A DNA stretch of 64,000 nt from Planctomycetota bacterium. Lineage in GTDB: Bacteria > Planctomycetota > UBA8108 > SXIK01. Numbering within the stretch: position 1 is the first letter of the stretch; the number at the start of each line of letters is the position of its first letter. The position numbers and the translations under genes were made by a program. The notes below the pieces were generated by a model. The model was given only the letters and a program-made list of their open reading frames with translations, was not told where the DNA came from and searched no databases. Of this stretch, positions 19,017-28,757 are shown one piece after another. The DNA lies in contig OZ244999.1 in assembly GCA_965223265.1 (NCBI GenBank), positions 6,976,001-7,040,000 of the forward strand. Reading direction: 5' to 3'.

Positions 19017-21121
19017 AACCACGACTCCGCACGCTTCTATTGTGCGGCGCCGCATTCGTCACCGGTGCCATAGCCTCCCGTTTTTTTGCCCCACCGACGT
19101 CAACGATGCCGGACGGTGCAGCGACCGCCGGTTCAGCGGCCGAGCCGACGATCTGGTACTGCTCGATGGACCCGGAGTTCACGCTTCCGCGCCCTGGTAA
19201 ATGCGACATCTGCGGCATGGATCTGATCATACGCCCGCCGGTCGGCGTCGACCCAGGTCCACGCGCGACGGTGGTGACGGAATCGGCCATGAAGCGCGCT
19301 GAGATCGAAACCCGACGAGTCGAGCGACGCTACGTCGAGCACGTTGTCTCTCTCAACGGCAAGATCGACTTCGACGAAACTCAGGTGAAGACGATCACAG
19401 CACGCATGGACGGCTGGCTCGATCGACTCTACGTCGACTATACGGGCATCCCGGTCAAAAAGGGCGACCACCTCGTCGACATCTACAGCCCCGAGCTCCT
19501 CGTGGCGCAGCAATCCCTTCTTGCGGCGCTCGACAGTTACAACGGTTTGGCGAACGCTTCGGCGGAGGAGCGCAAGCTAGCGCTCGGACGCCTCGACTCA
19601 TGGCGCGAACGGCTGCGCCTCGTCGGCCTCACCGCCGAACAGATCACCGCGATCGAGAAGCGCCGAACACCGAGTGATCACGTGCTCATCCTTTCACCGA
19701 TGAGCGGCGTCGTTGTGGAAAAACTCGCCAACGAGGGCGATCACGTCCGCGAAGGTCGAACCATCTACCGAGTCGCGGAGCTCTCGCACGTGTGGGCGAC
19801 GCTCGACGCTTACGAATCCGACCTGCCGTGGCTGCGCTATGGTCAAGAGGTGAGCTTCCACGCCGACGAAGCGCATCCAGGCGAGACGTTCCACGGCAAG
19901 ATCAACTTTATCGACTGGGTCGTCGACGACGCGTCGCGGACCGTCAAAGTCCGCGTCAACGTCAACAACACGGACGGACGGCTCAAACCGGGCATGCTCA
20001 TTCGAGCAGACGTGCGCTCAACCTTGGCACAGAGCGGACGCGTCATGACGCCCCAGTTGGCTGGCAAGTGGATTAGCCCTATGCATCCTGAGATCGTCAA
20101 AGACGGTCCCGGTCAGTGCGACATCTGCGGCATGGATCTGGTGCCCGCGGAAGAACTCTTCGAAGCGCCCCCCGCTGACGCCAAGCCGCCGCTGGTGATT
20201 CCAGCATCGGCACCGCTCGTCACGGGCCGCCGCGCAGTCGTCTACGTCCGACGTGAAGGCTCAAGTCCGCCGGTATTCGAAGGACGAGACGTCGTCCTCG
20301 GGCCGCGCGCCGGCGATCACTACTTGGTGGAATCCGGACTCGAGGAGGGCGAGCAAGTCGTCGTCCGCGGCAACTTCAAAATCGACAGCGCGCTGCAGAT
20401 CGAGCTCAAGCCGAGCATGATGGCACCAGAGGGCGGCGCCGGACCGGCACATCACCACCACCACGGCGGCGAAGGCAGCAGTGGTGATACTATCCACCAG
20501 AACCACGGCGGCGGGGCCCCCGGCGCTGAAGCGCGCGACCATCACGTCGATCCAGCACCGGCCGCAGACGATCCGCATCAGGCCACGCCGAGCGTCGAGT
20601 CGATCACGCTTCTACGCCCGCGGTTGAGTGCACTCTTCGATGCCTACTTCGACGTCAATCGCGCTCTGGCCGACGATCAAAACGACACTGCACGCAGTCG
20701 CTTCGATGCCGTGGGCAAAGCTGTCGAGGCTGTGACCACGGACGACCTCGACGAAGAAGCTCAAAACACCTGGAAGAGCGTTGCCGACGATCTACGCAGC
20801 TCAGTGGCGCGCGGCAGTGCGGCCGCTGACATCGAAACGAGACGTCAGGCGTTCCATGAGCTGAGCCGGGCGATGATCCGCGTCGAGGAGACGTTCGGTC
20901 ACAGCGATGCGGTCGAGTACCACGAGGTTTACTGCCCCATGGCGTTCAAGAATCAAGGTGCCGCTTGGCTACAGCCATCGAAGAAAGTCACCAATCCCTA
21001 CTTCGGGGCCTCGATGCTACGCTGCGGACGCGTTCGACGTTCGTTCACCGCCGTGCCGGTGAAAAAGGATGGCTCGCAGTCGCCTGAGATGAACTCTCAC
21101 GAGGGACACGACCATGAGTGA
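19013..21121 (+). CDS. cusB: CusB-like RND periplasmic adaptor with two heavy-metal-binding motifs, His-rich linker and DUF3347-like C-terminus
   Basis: YCSMDP...PGKCDICGMDL, SPMHPEI...CDICGMDL, IYSPEL, LKPGM and YCPMA...NPYFGASMLRCG. Confidence 0.88.
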   Translation: MKPRLRTLLLCGAAFVTGAIASRFFAPPTSTMPDGAATAGSAAEPTIWYCSMDPEFTLPRPGKCDICGMDLIIRPPVGVDPGPRATVVTESAMKRAEIETRRVERRYVEHVVSLNGKIDFDETQVKTITARMDGWLDRLYVDYTGIPVKKGDHLVDIYSPELLVAQQSLLAALDSYNGLANASAEERKLALGRLDSWRERLRLVGLTAEQITAIEKRRTPSDHVLILSPMSGVVVEKLANEGDHVREGRTIYRVAELSHVWATLDAYESDLPWLRYGQEVSFHADEAHPGETFHGKINFIDWVVDDASRTVKVRVNVNNTDGRLKPGMLIRADVRSTLAQSGRVMTPQLAGKWISPMHPEIVKDGPGQCDICGMDLVPAEELFEAPPADAKPPLVIPASAPLVTGRRAVVYVRREGSSPPVFEGRDVVLGPRAGDHYLVESGLEEGEQVVVRGNFKIDSALQIELKPSMMAPEGGAGPAHHHHHGGEGSSGDTIHQNHGGGAPGAEARDHHVDPAPAADDPHQATPSVESITLLRPRLSALFDAYFDVNRALADDQNDTARSRFDAVGKAVEAVTTDDLDEEAQNTWKSVADDLRSSVARGSAAADIETRRQAFHELSRAMIRVEETFGHSDAVEYHEVYCPMAFKNQGAAWLQPSKKVTNPYFGASMLRCGRVRRSFTAVPVKKDGSQSPEMNSHEGHDHE

Positions 21122-24100
21122 GTCTTCCTCGTCGCCGCGGCTTGCCGGAGGAACGCTGGATTCCGTTCTTCGCTTCGCCCTCGAGAATAAACTCGTTGTC
21201 GTCTTCCTCGTGGTTGGCATCGTTCTCTCTGGACTGCTCGTCGCGCCGTTCGATTGGGAACTCGGTGGCCTGCCACGCGATCCGTTGCCAGCGGATGCTA
21301 TCCCCGATTACGGTGAGAATCAGCAGATCGTCTTCACCGAGTGGCACGGTCGTTCACCCCAGGACGTCGAAGATCAAGTCACTTACCCGCTGACCGTGTC
21401 GCTACTCGGGATTCCACACGTCAAAAACATCCGCAGCGTGTCGTACTTCGGCTTCTCTAGCGTCCACGTCATCTTCGATGACGACGTTGACTTTTACTGG
21501 TCGCGCAGCCGCATCGTCGAAAAACTGGCGAGCCTTCCTCCCGACACGCTGCCCGAGGGAGTCCATCCCAGTCTCGGCCCCGATGCCACGCCGCTCGGTC
21601 AGATCTACTGGTACACGCTCGAGGGACGTGATCAAAATGGCGATCCCGCCGGCGGTTGGGATCTGGAAGAACTTCGCTCGATTCAAGACTGGCAGATTCG
21701 CTACGCGCTGATGGGAGTAGAAGGCGTCAGCGAAGTGGCGTCTGTCGGCGGTTTCGCGCGCGAATACCAAATCGATGTCGACCCCGACTCGATGCGTGCA
21801 CATGGTGTCACGCTCGATCAAGTTTTTCAGGCCGTCCGCATGTCCAACGTTGACGTTGGCGCACGCACGATCGAGGTCAACCGCGTTGAGTACGTGATCC
21901 GTGGACTCGGTCTTCTCGAATCCACTGAAGACATCGAGCAGACGGTCGTCAAGACGATCCAGAACGTCCCGATTCGCATCCGCGACGTAGCTCACGTCAG
22001 CGAGGGGCCAGCGCTGCGACGCGGCGCGCTCGACAAAGGCGGCGAGGAAGCGGTTGGCGGCGTTGTCGTCGTCCGCTACGGCGCCAACCCACTGACGACG
22101 ATTCGTGCGCTGCAGTTAGAGATTGACCGCATATCGGCGTCGCTGCCGAAGAAGATTCTCGACGATGGCACCGTTAGCACGGTCACGATCGTTCCCTTTT
22201 ACGACCGCACAGGGCTCATCCACGAGACTCTGGGTACGCTCAGCCGCGCCCTCGTCGAAGAGATCATGGTCACCGTCATCGTCGTCCTGCTGATGGTGAT
22301 GCACGTGCGGAGTTCTATCCTGATCTCGGGATTATTGCCGCTGGCGGTCCTCCTCTGTTTCGTGGGCATGAAACTGCTTGGTATCGATGCAAACGTCGTC
22401 GCGCTGTCCGGTATCGCGATCGCCATCGGCACGATCGTCGACGTCGGCATCGTGCTGTGCGAGAACATCCTCCAACACTTGAAACGCGCAGATGCCGGAG
22501 CAAATCGCCTCGAGGTGATCTTCCGGGCCAGTCGCGAAGTCGCCGCAGCGCTGCTGACGGCGATCCTGACGACCGTCATCAGCTTTTTGCCCGTCTTCAC
22601 GATGGAGGCAGCCGAAGGCAAACTCTTCAAACCTCTCGCCTACACCAAAACGATCGCTCTGATCGCCTCGGCCGTCGTCTCCCTGATCATGATTCCTCCA
22701 TTCGCGCATTTTCTCTTCACGCGTCGATTCGAAGGGCGTCTACTCCGCTCGGGACTTTCGCTCGCCGCCACGGTTCTTGGCATTTGGATCCTGCTGCGAG
22801 TCAACGTAGCGGCTGGGATCGGAGTCACTCTCTTCGGTCTTTGGCATCTCGTCGCTTCGAGACTTCCAGACAGCGTCCAGCGCTGGGGAGCGCGATGCGC
22901 GACGCTTGCCGTCTTTGCCATCACACTGGTCCTTTTAACGAGCCATTGGCTTCCGGTTGGAGCCGGGAGGAGCTTCGGCGCGAACCTTCTCTTCGTTTGT
23001 CTCATCCTTGGGTCGGTCTTTCTGACCATTGCTGCGCTGCAGCTTTTCTATGAACCGCTGCTGCGCTGGTGCCTGAGTCACAAGCTGGCCTTCCTATCGC
23101 TGCCTTGTCTGCTCGTTCTATTCGGTCTTACGATCTGGCTCGGCGCCGAACGCATCTTCTCCTTCGTCCCCGAATCGATACGACACGCCCAGTCCGGCGA
23201 GGGGAATTCCCTTTGGCAGCGCGTTCGCGGCGCTCTCCCTGGACTCGGCAAGGAGTTCATGCCAAAGCTTTCGGAAGGTTCTTTTCTCGTCATGCCAACT
23301 GTTTCGCCGCACGCGTCTATCGGCGAGGCGATGGACACGTTGAGAAAGCAGGACATGGCGATTCAGGCAATCCCGGAGGTTGACGTAGTCGTCGGCAAAA
23401 TCGGACGCGTCGAAAGTGCGCTCGATCCGGCGCCGGTCTCGATGATTGAGACGGTGGTAACCTACAAGTCGGAATACATTCTCGATCGCTCTGGCCGTCC
23501 CCTCAACTTTCGATACGACGACGAACAGGGTCAGCACGTGCTCGACGAGCACGGCCGGCCGATCGAAGATCCTGACGGTAAACCCATTCGGCAGTGGCGT
23601 GACACGATTCACAGCGAGCAGGACATCTGGAATGAGATTCAAGACGCAGCGACGATTCTCGGATCTTCAGGAGCACCGATGCTCCAGCCCATCGAGACGC
23701 GTTTGATCATGCTTCAAACCGGCATGCGCGCCGCATTGGGGATTAAAGTGTTCGGGCCAGACCTCGAAAGCGTCGCCAGCGCCAGCGTTCAGATCGGCAA
23801 ACTGCTCAGCCAAGTGGGATCGATCGACCCGCGAACGATCTACGTCGAACCGATCCTCGGTAAACCGTACTTCGAGATCGAAATCGACCGCGAGGCGATC
23901 GCGCGCTACGGCATCTCAGTAAGGCGTCTGCAGGACGTGATCGAGGTCGCGATCGGCGGCAAACAATTGACGACCACCATCGAAGGGCGCGAACGTTTCG
24001 CTGTTCGAGCCCGCTACCTGCGCGAGCTGCGCGACACGCCGGAGTCTCTCGGTAAGATTCTTGTCCCGGCGCCCAACGGCACGCACATTCCACTCGCGCA

Positions 24101-24923
24101 GCTGGCAGCGATCGAGTACAAGCTCGGCCCAACGAAAATCCGCAGCGAAGACACCCGGTTAGTCACCTATGTCACCTTCGGGAAGAAGCCCGAGTTCGCT
24201 GAGGTCGAGGTCGTCGAGACGGCGCAGGCGTTTCTGCTTCGTGCGGAAGAATCCGGACGTTTCAATCGGCCCGCAGGCGTGTCCTATGAATTCTCTGGCA
24301 GCTACGAGAACCAGGTCCGATCGTCCCGACGTCTCGCCGTCGTCCTGCCGGCGGCACTGTTCGCCATCTTCGTCCTTCTCTACGTCCAGTTCCGCTCGGT
24401 GGTGACGACTCTGATCGTCTTTTCCGGCGTCTTCGTCGCTTGGAGCGGCGGCTTTCAGATGCTTTGGCTCTACGGCCAGGACTGGTTTCTCGACTTTGAC
24501 CTCCTTGGAGTGAATCTGCGGGAGGTGTTTCACGTCCAGCCCTACAACTTGTCCGTGGCAGTGTGGGTGGGATTTCTCGCTCTTTTCGGCATTGCGACCG
24601 ACGATGGTGTGATCAACGCCACCTATCTCGACCAAGTCTTCGCCGACCGCCGACCACGCAATCGTCAAGAGATCATAGAAGCCGTCGTCGCTGCCGGGCG
24701 GCGAAGGATTCGTCCATGTCTCATGACGGTGGCGACGACCATTCTCGCGCTCGTTCCGGTGCTGACATCAACGGGACGCGGAGCTGACGTCATGGTGCCG
24801 ATGGCCATCCCGTCGTTCGGCGGTATGACCGTCGCGCTGATCACAGTCTTCATCGTGCCAACGCTCTACGCTCTGAAGGAAGAGGTCAAGCTCAGACGCG
24901 GAGCCGTCCACGCGGGAGAGTGA
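21114..24923 (+). CDS. cusA: CusA/CzcA heavy-metal efflux RND permease
   Basis: DAIPDYGENQQIV, GRSPQDVEDQVTYPL, GIAIAIG and RIRPCLMT. Confidence 0.92.
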   Translation: MSESSSSPRLAGGTLDSVLRFALENKLVVVFLVVGIVLSGLLVAPFDWELGGLPRDPLPADAIPDYGENQQIVFTEWHGRSPQDVEDQVTYPLTVSLLGIPHVKNIRSVSYFGFSSVHVIFDDDVDFYWSRSRIVEKLASLPPDTLPEGVHPSLGPDATPLGQIYWYTLEGRDQNGDPAGGWDLEELRSIQDWQIRYALMGVEGVSEVASVGGFAREYQIDVDPDSMRAHGVTLDQVFQAVRMSNVDVGARTIEVNRVEYVIRGLGLLESTEDIEQTVVKTIQNVPIRIRDVAHVSEGPALRRGALDKGGEEAVGGVVVVRYGANPLTTIRALQLEIDRISASLPKKILDDGTVSTVTIVPFYDRTGLIHETLGTLSRALVEEIMVTVIVVLLMVMHVRSSILISGLLPLAVLLCFVGMKLLGIDANVVALSGIAIAIGTIVDVGIVLCENILQHLKRADAGANRLEVIFRASREVAAALLTAILTTVISFLPVFTMEAAEGKLFKPLAYTKTIALIASAVVSLIMIPPFAHFLFTRRFEGRLLRSGLSLAATVLGIWILLRVNVAAGIGVTLFGLWHLVASRLPDSVQRWGARCATLAVFAITLVLLTSHWLPVGAGRSFGANLLFVCLILGSVFLTIAALQLFYEPLLRWCLSHKLAFLSLPCLLVLFGLTIWLGAERIFSFVPESIRHAQSGEGNSLWQRVRGALPGLGKEFMPKLSEGSFLVMPTVSPHASIGEAMDTLRKQDMAIQAIPEVDVVVGKIGRVESALDPAPVSMIETVVTYKSEYILDRSGRPLNFRYDDEQGQHVLDEHGRPIEDPDGKPIRQWRDTIHSEQDIWNEIQDAATILGSSGAPMLQPIETRLIMLQTGMRAALGIKVFGPDLESVASASVQIGKLLSQVGSIDPRTIYVEPILGKPYFEIEIDREAIARYGISVRRLQDVIEVAIGGKQLTTTIEGRERFAVRARYLRELRDTPESLGKILVPAPNGTHIPLAQLAAIEYKLGPTKIRSEDTRLVTYVTFGKKPEFAEVEVVETAQAFLLRAEESGRFNRPAGVSYEFSGSYENQVRSSRRLAVVLPAALFAIFVLLYVQFRSVVTTLIVFSGVFVAWSGGFQMLWLYGQDWFLDFDLLGVNLREVFHVQPYNLSVAVWVGFLALFGIATDDGVINATYLDQVFADRRPRNRQEIIEAVVAAGRRRIRPCLMTVATTILALVPVLTSTGRGADVMVPMAIPSFGGMTVALITVFIVPTLYALKEEVKLRRGAVHAGE

Positions 24924-25024
24924 TCGCAACGCAGCAGAAAGGACGACTTTCCCAATCTTGACTACAGCGTTATTCTCCGGCGTAACAGCCGTCCGTTGCA
25001 GAAGAGAAACTTCTAGGTCACGCG

Positions 25025-25130
25025 GGATTGCGTCAGCGATCGCGTGAGCGATTGCGGTCGCGTGTGGGTGAGCGTAGGCGTGGGTGTGCCGTCGTTCGGA
25101 GTCAGCGACGGAGTGCGGTTGCGTGCGTGG
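25025..25130. repeat. Degenerate hexamer tract (reverse-complement CGCnnn type) between convergent genes
   Basis: GCGTGAGCGATTGCGGTCGCGTGTGGGTGAGCGTAGGCGTGGGTGTGCC. Confidence 0.55.
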
Positions 25131-25322
25131 AGGACATGTCGCCGCGACGCCCTGAAGCCGCCGATCGATCCTTAGGACAAGAGTTCCTGAGCCCTCCCTG
25201 CGAAAACACTTATGCAACGCAACTGTAGGGACAGAGCGCCGCCCAGACGTCATGCGGCTGCCCTGCGTGCTTCGTCGCCCGATCCCCACCGTGTAGCGCG
25301 CGCTGATCGACGAGATTCGCTC

Positions 25323-26708
25323 CTATTTCTCTTCTTCTTTCTCTTTAACGTCGATCTTCTCGAGCGCCGTTTTCGCCGCGTCCTTAACGCGCTGATTGTC
25401 GTCGTTCAGAAGCTTCTTGAGAGGCTCGATCGCTGGCTTGGCGTCCGGCGGTCCGATTGTCGTCAGCAGTTTGATCACATCGCAACGTACGTCTGTGTCG
25501 GGATCGGCGAGAAGCTCTGTGAGCTGCGCAACCGCGGGCTTGGCATCGGCTCCAAGTCGCTTCATGATGCCGAGTGCGCGTAGCTTCATGTCGCTCTTCT
25601 TGAGCTCGACCGCCAGCGCCGCAGCGGCCTCGGCACCCATCTCTGCGAGCGCCTGCTCGCTCTGGCTACGCACGTATTCGTCACTGTCGCGGAGTGCCTT
25701 TGCGAGCTGAGGTGCAGCGTCCTTGGCGTCGCCCCCAAGCTGTTTGAGGGTGACCGCGGCGTGGTACCGGACGGTCGCTTCGGCGTCACCAAGGAGCTTT
25801 GCCACATCGCCAACGACTTCGTTCACGGCGTCTCCGCTCACACCGCTCAACGCTCTAACGGCTCCTGCCCGGACGTGCTCTTTGTCGCTCCCGAGTGCCG
25901 CCTTCAAAGCCGCGATCGCCTCCTCACCAAACGAACGCAGCGACTGCGAAGCCCGGTAGCGGACGTTTTCATCGGCATCGTCCAGCGCCGCGATCAGCGC
26001 TGCCACGACGCTCTCGCTCCTGTCGAAGCCATGCCCTAGCGCGCTGACGACTTCGTAGCGGACGGAGGCATCAGCGTCAGCTGCCGACTTGAGCAGGGCC
26101 GCCGTCAACGCCCCAGCCTGCGCCTTATCGCCACCCACCGACTCTGCTAGGCCGGCACCGACCAGTCCCAAAGCTCTCGCGCCACGCCCACGAACGGTTG
26201 CCTCTTTGGAAGCCATTGCCTCGATGAGCGCAGCGGACGCATCCAAGCCAATCGCTCCCAGAGCCGTCGCTGACGCGCTTCCGACGCGCTCGTCGCCGAG
26301 GAGATTCGCCAAGGGCGATATCGCCGCCTTGGCGGCTGGACCGATGCGTCCGAGGGCGACAACGGCGCGTCGACGCAGATCCTCGACGGACAGGGCACCA
26401 ACGAGATCCTCTACGGCCCCGGTCGCCTCGCCACCCATATGGCCGATCGAGCTGACAACTGCTCGTTTGACGACCACTTGACTCTCCACCCGCAGCGCGA
26501 TGAGAAGCGCTTCTGCGATCCGCTTCGCCTCCTGCGTCTCGCCGCGGCTACCGAGCGCCTTGACAGCGTCTAACCGACGGTCAGTATTCTCATCCTTGAG
26601 TGCCGCAATCAAAGACTCCGTAGATCGCTCTCCGCCGTCACCCTCCGCAGCGAAGCCGACAGGCGACATAGACAAAACGATCAGCGTGAGAATCAAGACC
26701 GACCTCAT
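25323..26708 (-). CDS. Secreted HEAT/PBS-lyase repeat protein
   Basis: Signal peptide MRSVLILTL with GGAGGTG RBS; repeated LxDxxxxVRxxAAxALG units. Confidence 0.88.
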   Translation of the reverse strand: MRSVLILTLIVLSMSPVGFAAEGDGGERSTESLIAALKDENTDRRLDAVKALGSRGETQEAKRIAEALLIALRVESQVVVKRAVVSSIGHMGGEATGAVEDLVGALSVEDLRRRAVVALGRIGPAAKAAISPLANLLGDERVGSASATALGAIGLDASAALIEAMASKEATVRGRGARALGLVGAGLAESVGGDKAQAGALTAALLKSAADADASVRYEVVSALGHGFDRSESVVAALIAALDDADENVRYRASQSLRSFGEEAIAALKAALGSDKEHVRAGAVRALSGVSGDAVNEVVGDVAKLLGDAEATVRYHAAVTLKQLGGDAKDAAPQLAKALRDSDEYVRSQSEQALAEMGAEAAAALAVELKKSDMKLRALGIMKRLGADAKPAVAQLTELLADPDTDVRCDVIKLLTTIGPPDAKPAIEPLKKLLNDDNQRVKDAAKTALEKIDVKEKEEEK

Positions 26709-26859
26709 CGGTGACACCTCCTTTGTTTCCAACAGGTCAACCTCAAGCCCGCAAGGAAACGACGAACCAGAGCGGCGCCAGGCAGCAAGATGTCCGTCGC
26801 GCCAAACGACTTTCGTCGTCATTTTGGTAGGGGTTGGGGGTCAAATTGGGACGGACGCA

Positions 26860-26877
26860 GTGACTCGCGCGAGTCAC
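26860..26877. promoter_or_regulatory. Perfect 18-bp palindrome, candidate operator
   Basis: GTGACTCGCGCGAGTCAC about 150 bp upstream of the HEAT gene. Confidence 0.35.
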
Positions 26878-27333
26878 GAATAGCGGCCTATCAGAAAGAA
26901 AAAAGTGTAACGAAACGGACTGCGTCGACGGCGGGCGGCGCACATCAGCTGCAGTGCAAATTCAGGTTTGACGATCGTTAGCCAAAAGCTTGGTAGCGCC
27001 GAAACTGTCGACCGCAGCTGGCTACCACCGTCTCCGGCATGGCGTCATGCCGACACTTCGCGAGTTAGCAGAACGGCAAGACCCGCGGTAACGACGCCAC
27101 GTGTGGAGTAGCTTACGGACAAGTATGCCAGTTGCCCTAGGGCGATGCAATCCGCCATGCACCTGCCATCAGCCTGCCTGGCCAGCCTCACCGTATGAGA
27201 ACTGAGTCGCTGCGCGACAGGGCGCAAACGCGCACAGTCAACGCAGCTCGCGGGCGCGCGGCTCCACTCGGCTCAGTCACACGCCTCTGACCAAAGGCGG
27301 AGACTGTCCTCGTCGGGTCGGGTGACGCAAGCC

Positions 27334-27513
27334 TAACAGCCTGCCTGAAAAAGTGCTTCGAGCCGAAAACTGGTCTCTTCGCGTCCAGATCGGCCGCGAC
27401 AAACGCAGGTAATCTCCGAGCCCTCTTCTATAAGGCGGCGAGTATTGACGCGGCCCGTCTGGGCGTGAAGAGGCCGGTTTCTCGGCCGAATGACTTTTTC
27501 AGGCGGGCTGCTA
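27334..27513. mobile_element. Fold-back MITE copy 3
   Basis: TAACAGCCTGCCTGAAAAAG...CTTTTTCAGGCGGGCTGCTA. Confidence 0.88.
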
Positions 27514-27659
27514 ACTCGAGTTTGGCCATTTCGCGTCGAGCCTGCCAGCGCCAGGAGCGTCGAGGCCAAGGAGCGACTCGGGCGCGATCCCGCTCGGGTC
27601 GTGGCGGAGGAGTGACGCAGGCATCGGCGCAAGCGAGACTGAAGCTCAACGATTCGGCG

Positions 27660-28220
27660 CTACACGTCGATTCTCAGCGCTGGAATGGCTTCCTTGAGCT
27701 CGTGAACCTTTTCCGCCGTAACTCGGGTTCCGCGGATCTGAAGGTGCGTCAGCTGCTTCAGCCCCTTGAGGTGCTCCACTCCCCGATCCGTGACACTAGT
27801 TCCGTTGAGGCCAAGGTATTGCAGCTGCTTTAATTCCTTAGCGATTAGTTCAAGGCTGCTATCAGTCACGGCGGTGTCGCCGAGTCCCAGGTGCTCCAAG
27901 TCACTTAGAACGGCGATACGTTCCACGTCACGGTCATCCACAACGACAACGTCGCCAGGGTGATAGCCGACACCGGGCAACACACGGACCACTCTCTCAA
28001 AGTAGCCTTCACCGAATACCAAACGAAGGAAGGCGGGCCCCTCGGCATCCGCTCCTACCTTCAGGCCGGTCTTTCTGATGTGACCAATCGCTTCGTGCTG
28101 GTCGTGGTACGGGCTCAGCAACACGACCAGCAATGCTCCCTCCGCGAGACAAAGAGAAACGAGGAAGCCAAGAGCTCACTTCATAGGCCGGGAGGCGACT
28201 GTCCGAATCCTTGTTTCCAT
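27660..28220 (-). pseudogene. Membrane-anchored leucine-rich-repeat protein interrupted by an in-frame TGA at codon 15
   Basis: AGGAG-RBS ATG at 28220 reads METRIRTVASRPMK*ALGFLVSL, in frame with LRR units LEHLGLGDTAVTD and LQYLGLNGTSVTD. Confidence 0.6.
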
Positions 28221-28757
28221 GGCCGGACTCCTACTCTCCTGGTTGAATGACGAAGCTTTGAAATTTTGGCTCGGACTCTTGACACGATGCGCGAACTGTA
28301 AAGGGTTCTGCGGTCCAAAGAGAAGCACGTCTTCGGAGCCCCCTCAGACTTCCAGATTGTACCCTGAGCTGGGACAACGCGGCGAGATTCTGGCTACGGA
28401 ATTCAAAGGTGACGGCCCATCACACGAACTCTGGTTCCTTCCCAGTAGACGATGACGCAGGCGTTGTACGGACCCACGTGCAAGCTCCTAATGACGACGC
28501 CACCATTTCCCGCGAAAGGAGTCATCACTGCGCCAACGTCTCATCGAAGAGTTACGGATTCGCAACCGTTCGCCAAAGGCGAAGAGTTCCCGAGCCTCTT
28601 CTCCGGTGAGGACCGGCGAGGGCGGCGAGCGGCGCGGGCAAGTGGAATGAAGCAGTGACGGGGCTTTCGCGGCGAACGGGAAGAGTCTCACTCATGCCTG
28701 GGGCTCCAGGACGGCGAGAAGGAGCTCGCCAACGCCGGTCAGCGTATGACATAAGGG

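Noticed and set aside
28176-28178. Selenocysteine or alternative genetic code at the in-frame TGA
   Set aside because: Non-catalytic context, and TGA terminates many other genes in the window
28400-28740. Short ORFs between the LRR and Kelch genes
   Set aside because: No RBS or motif support in any frame
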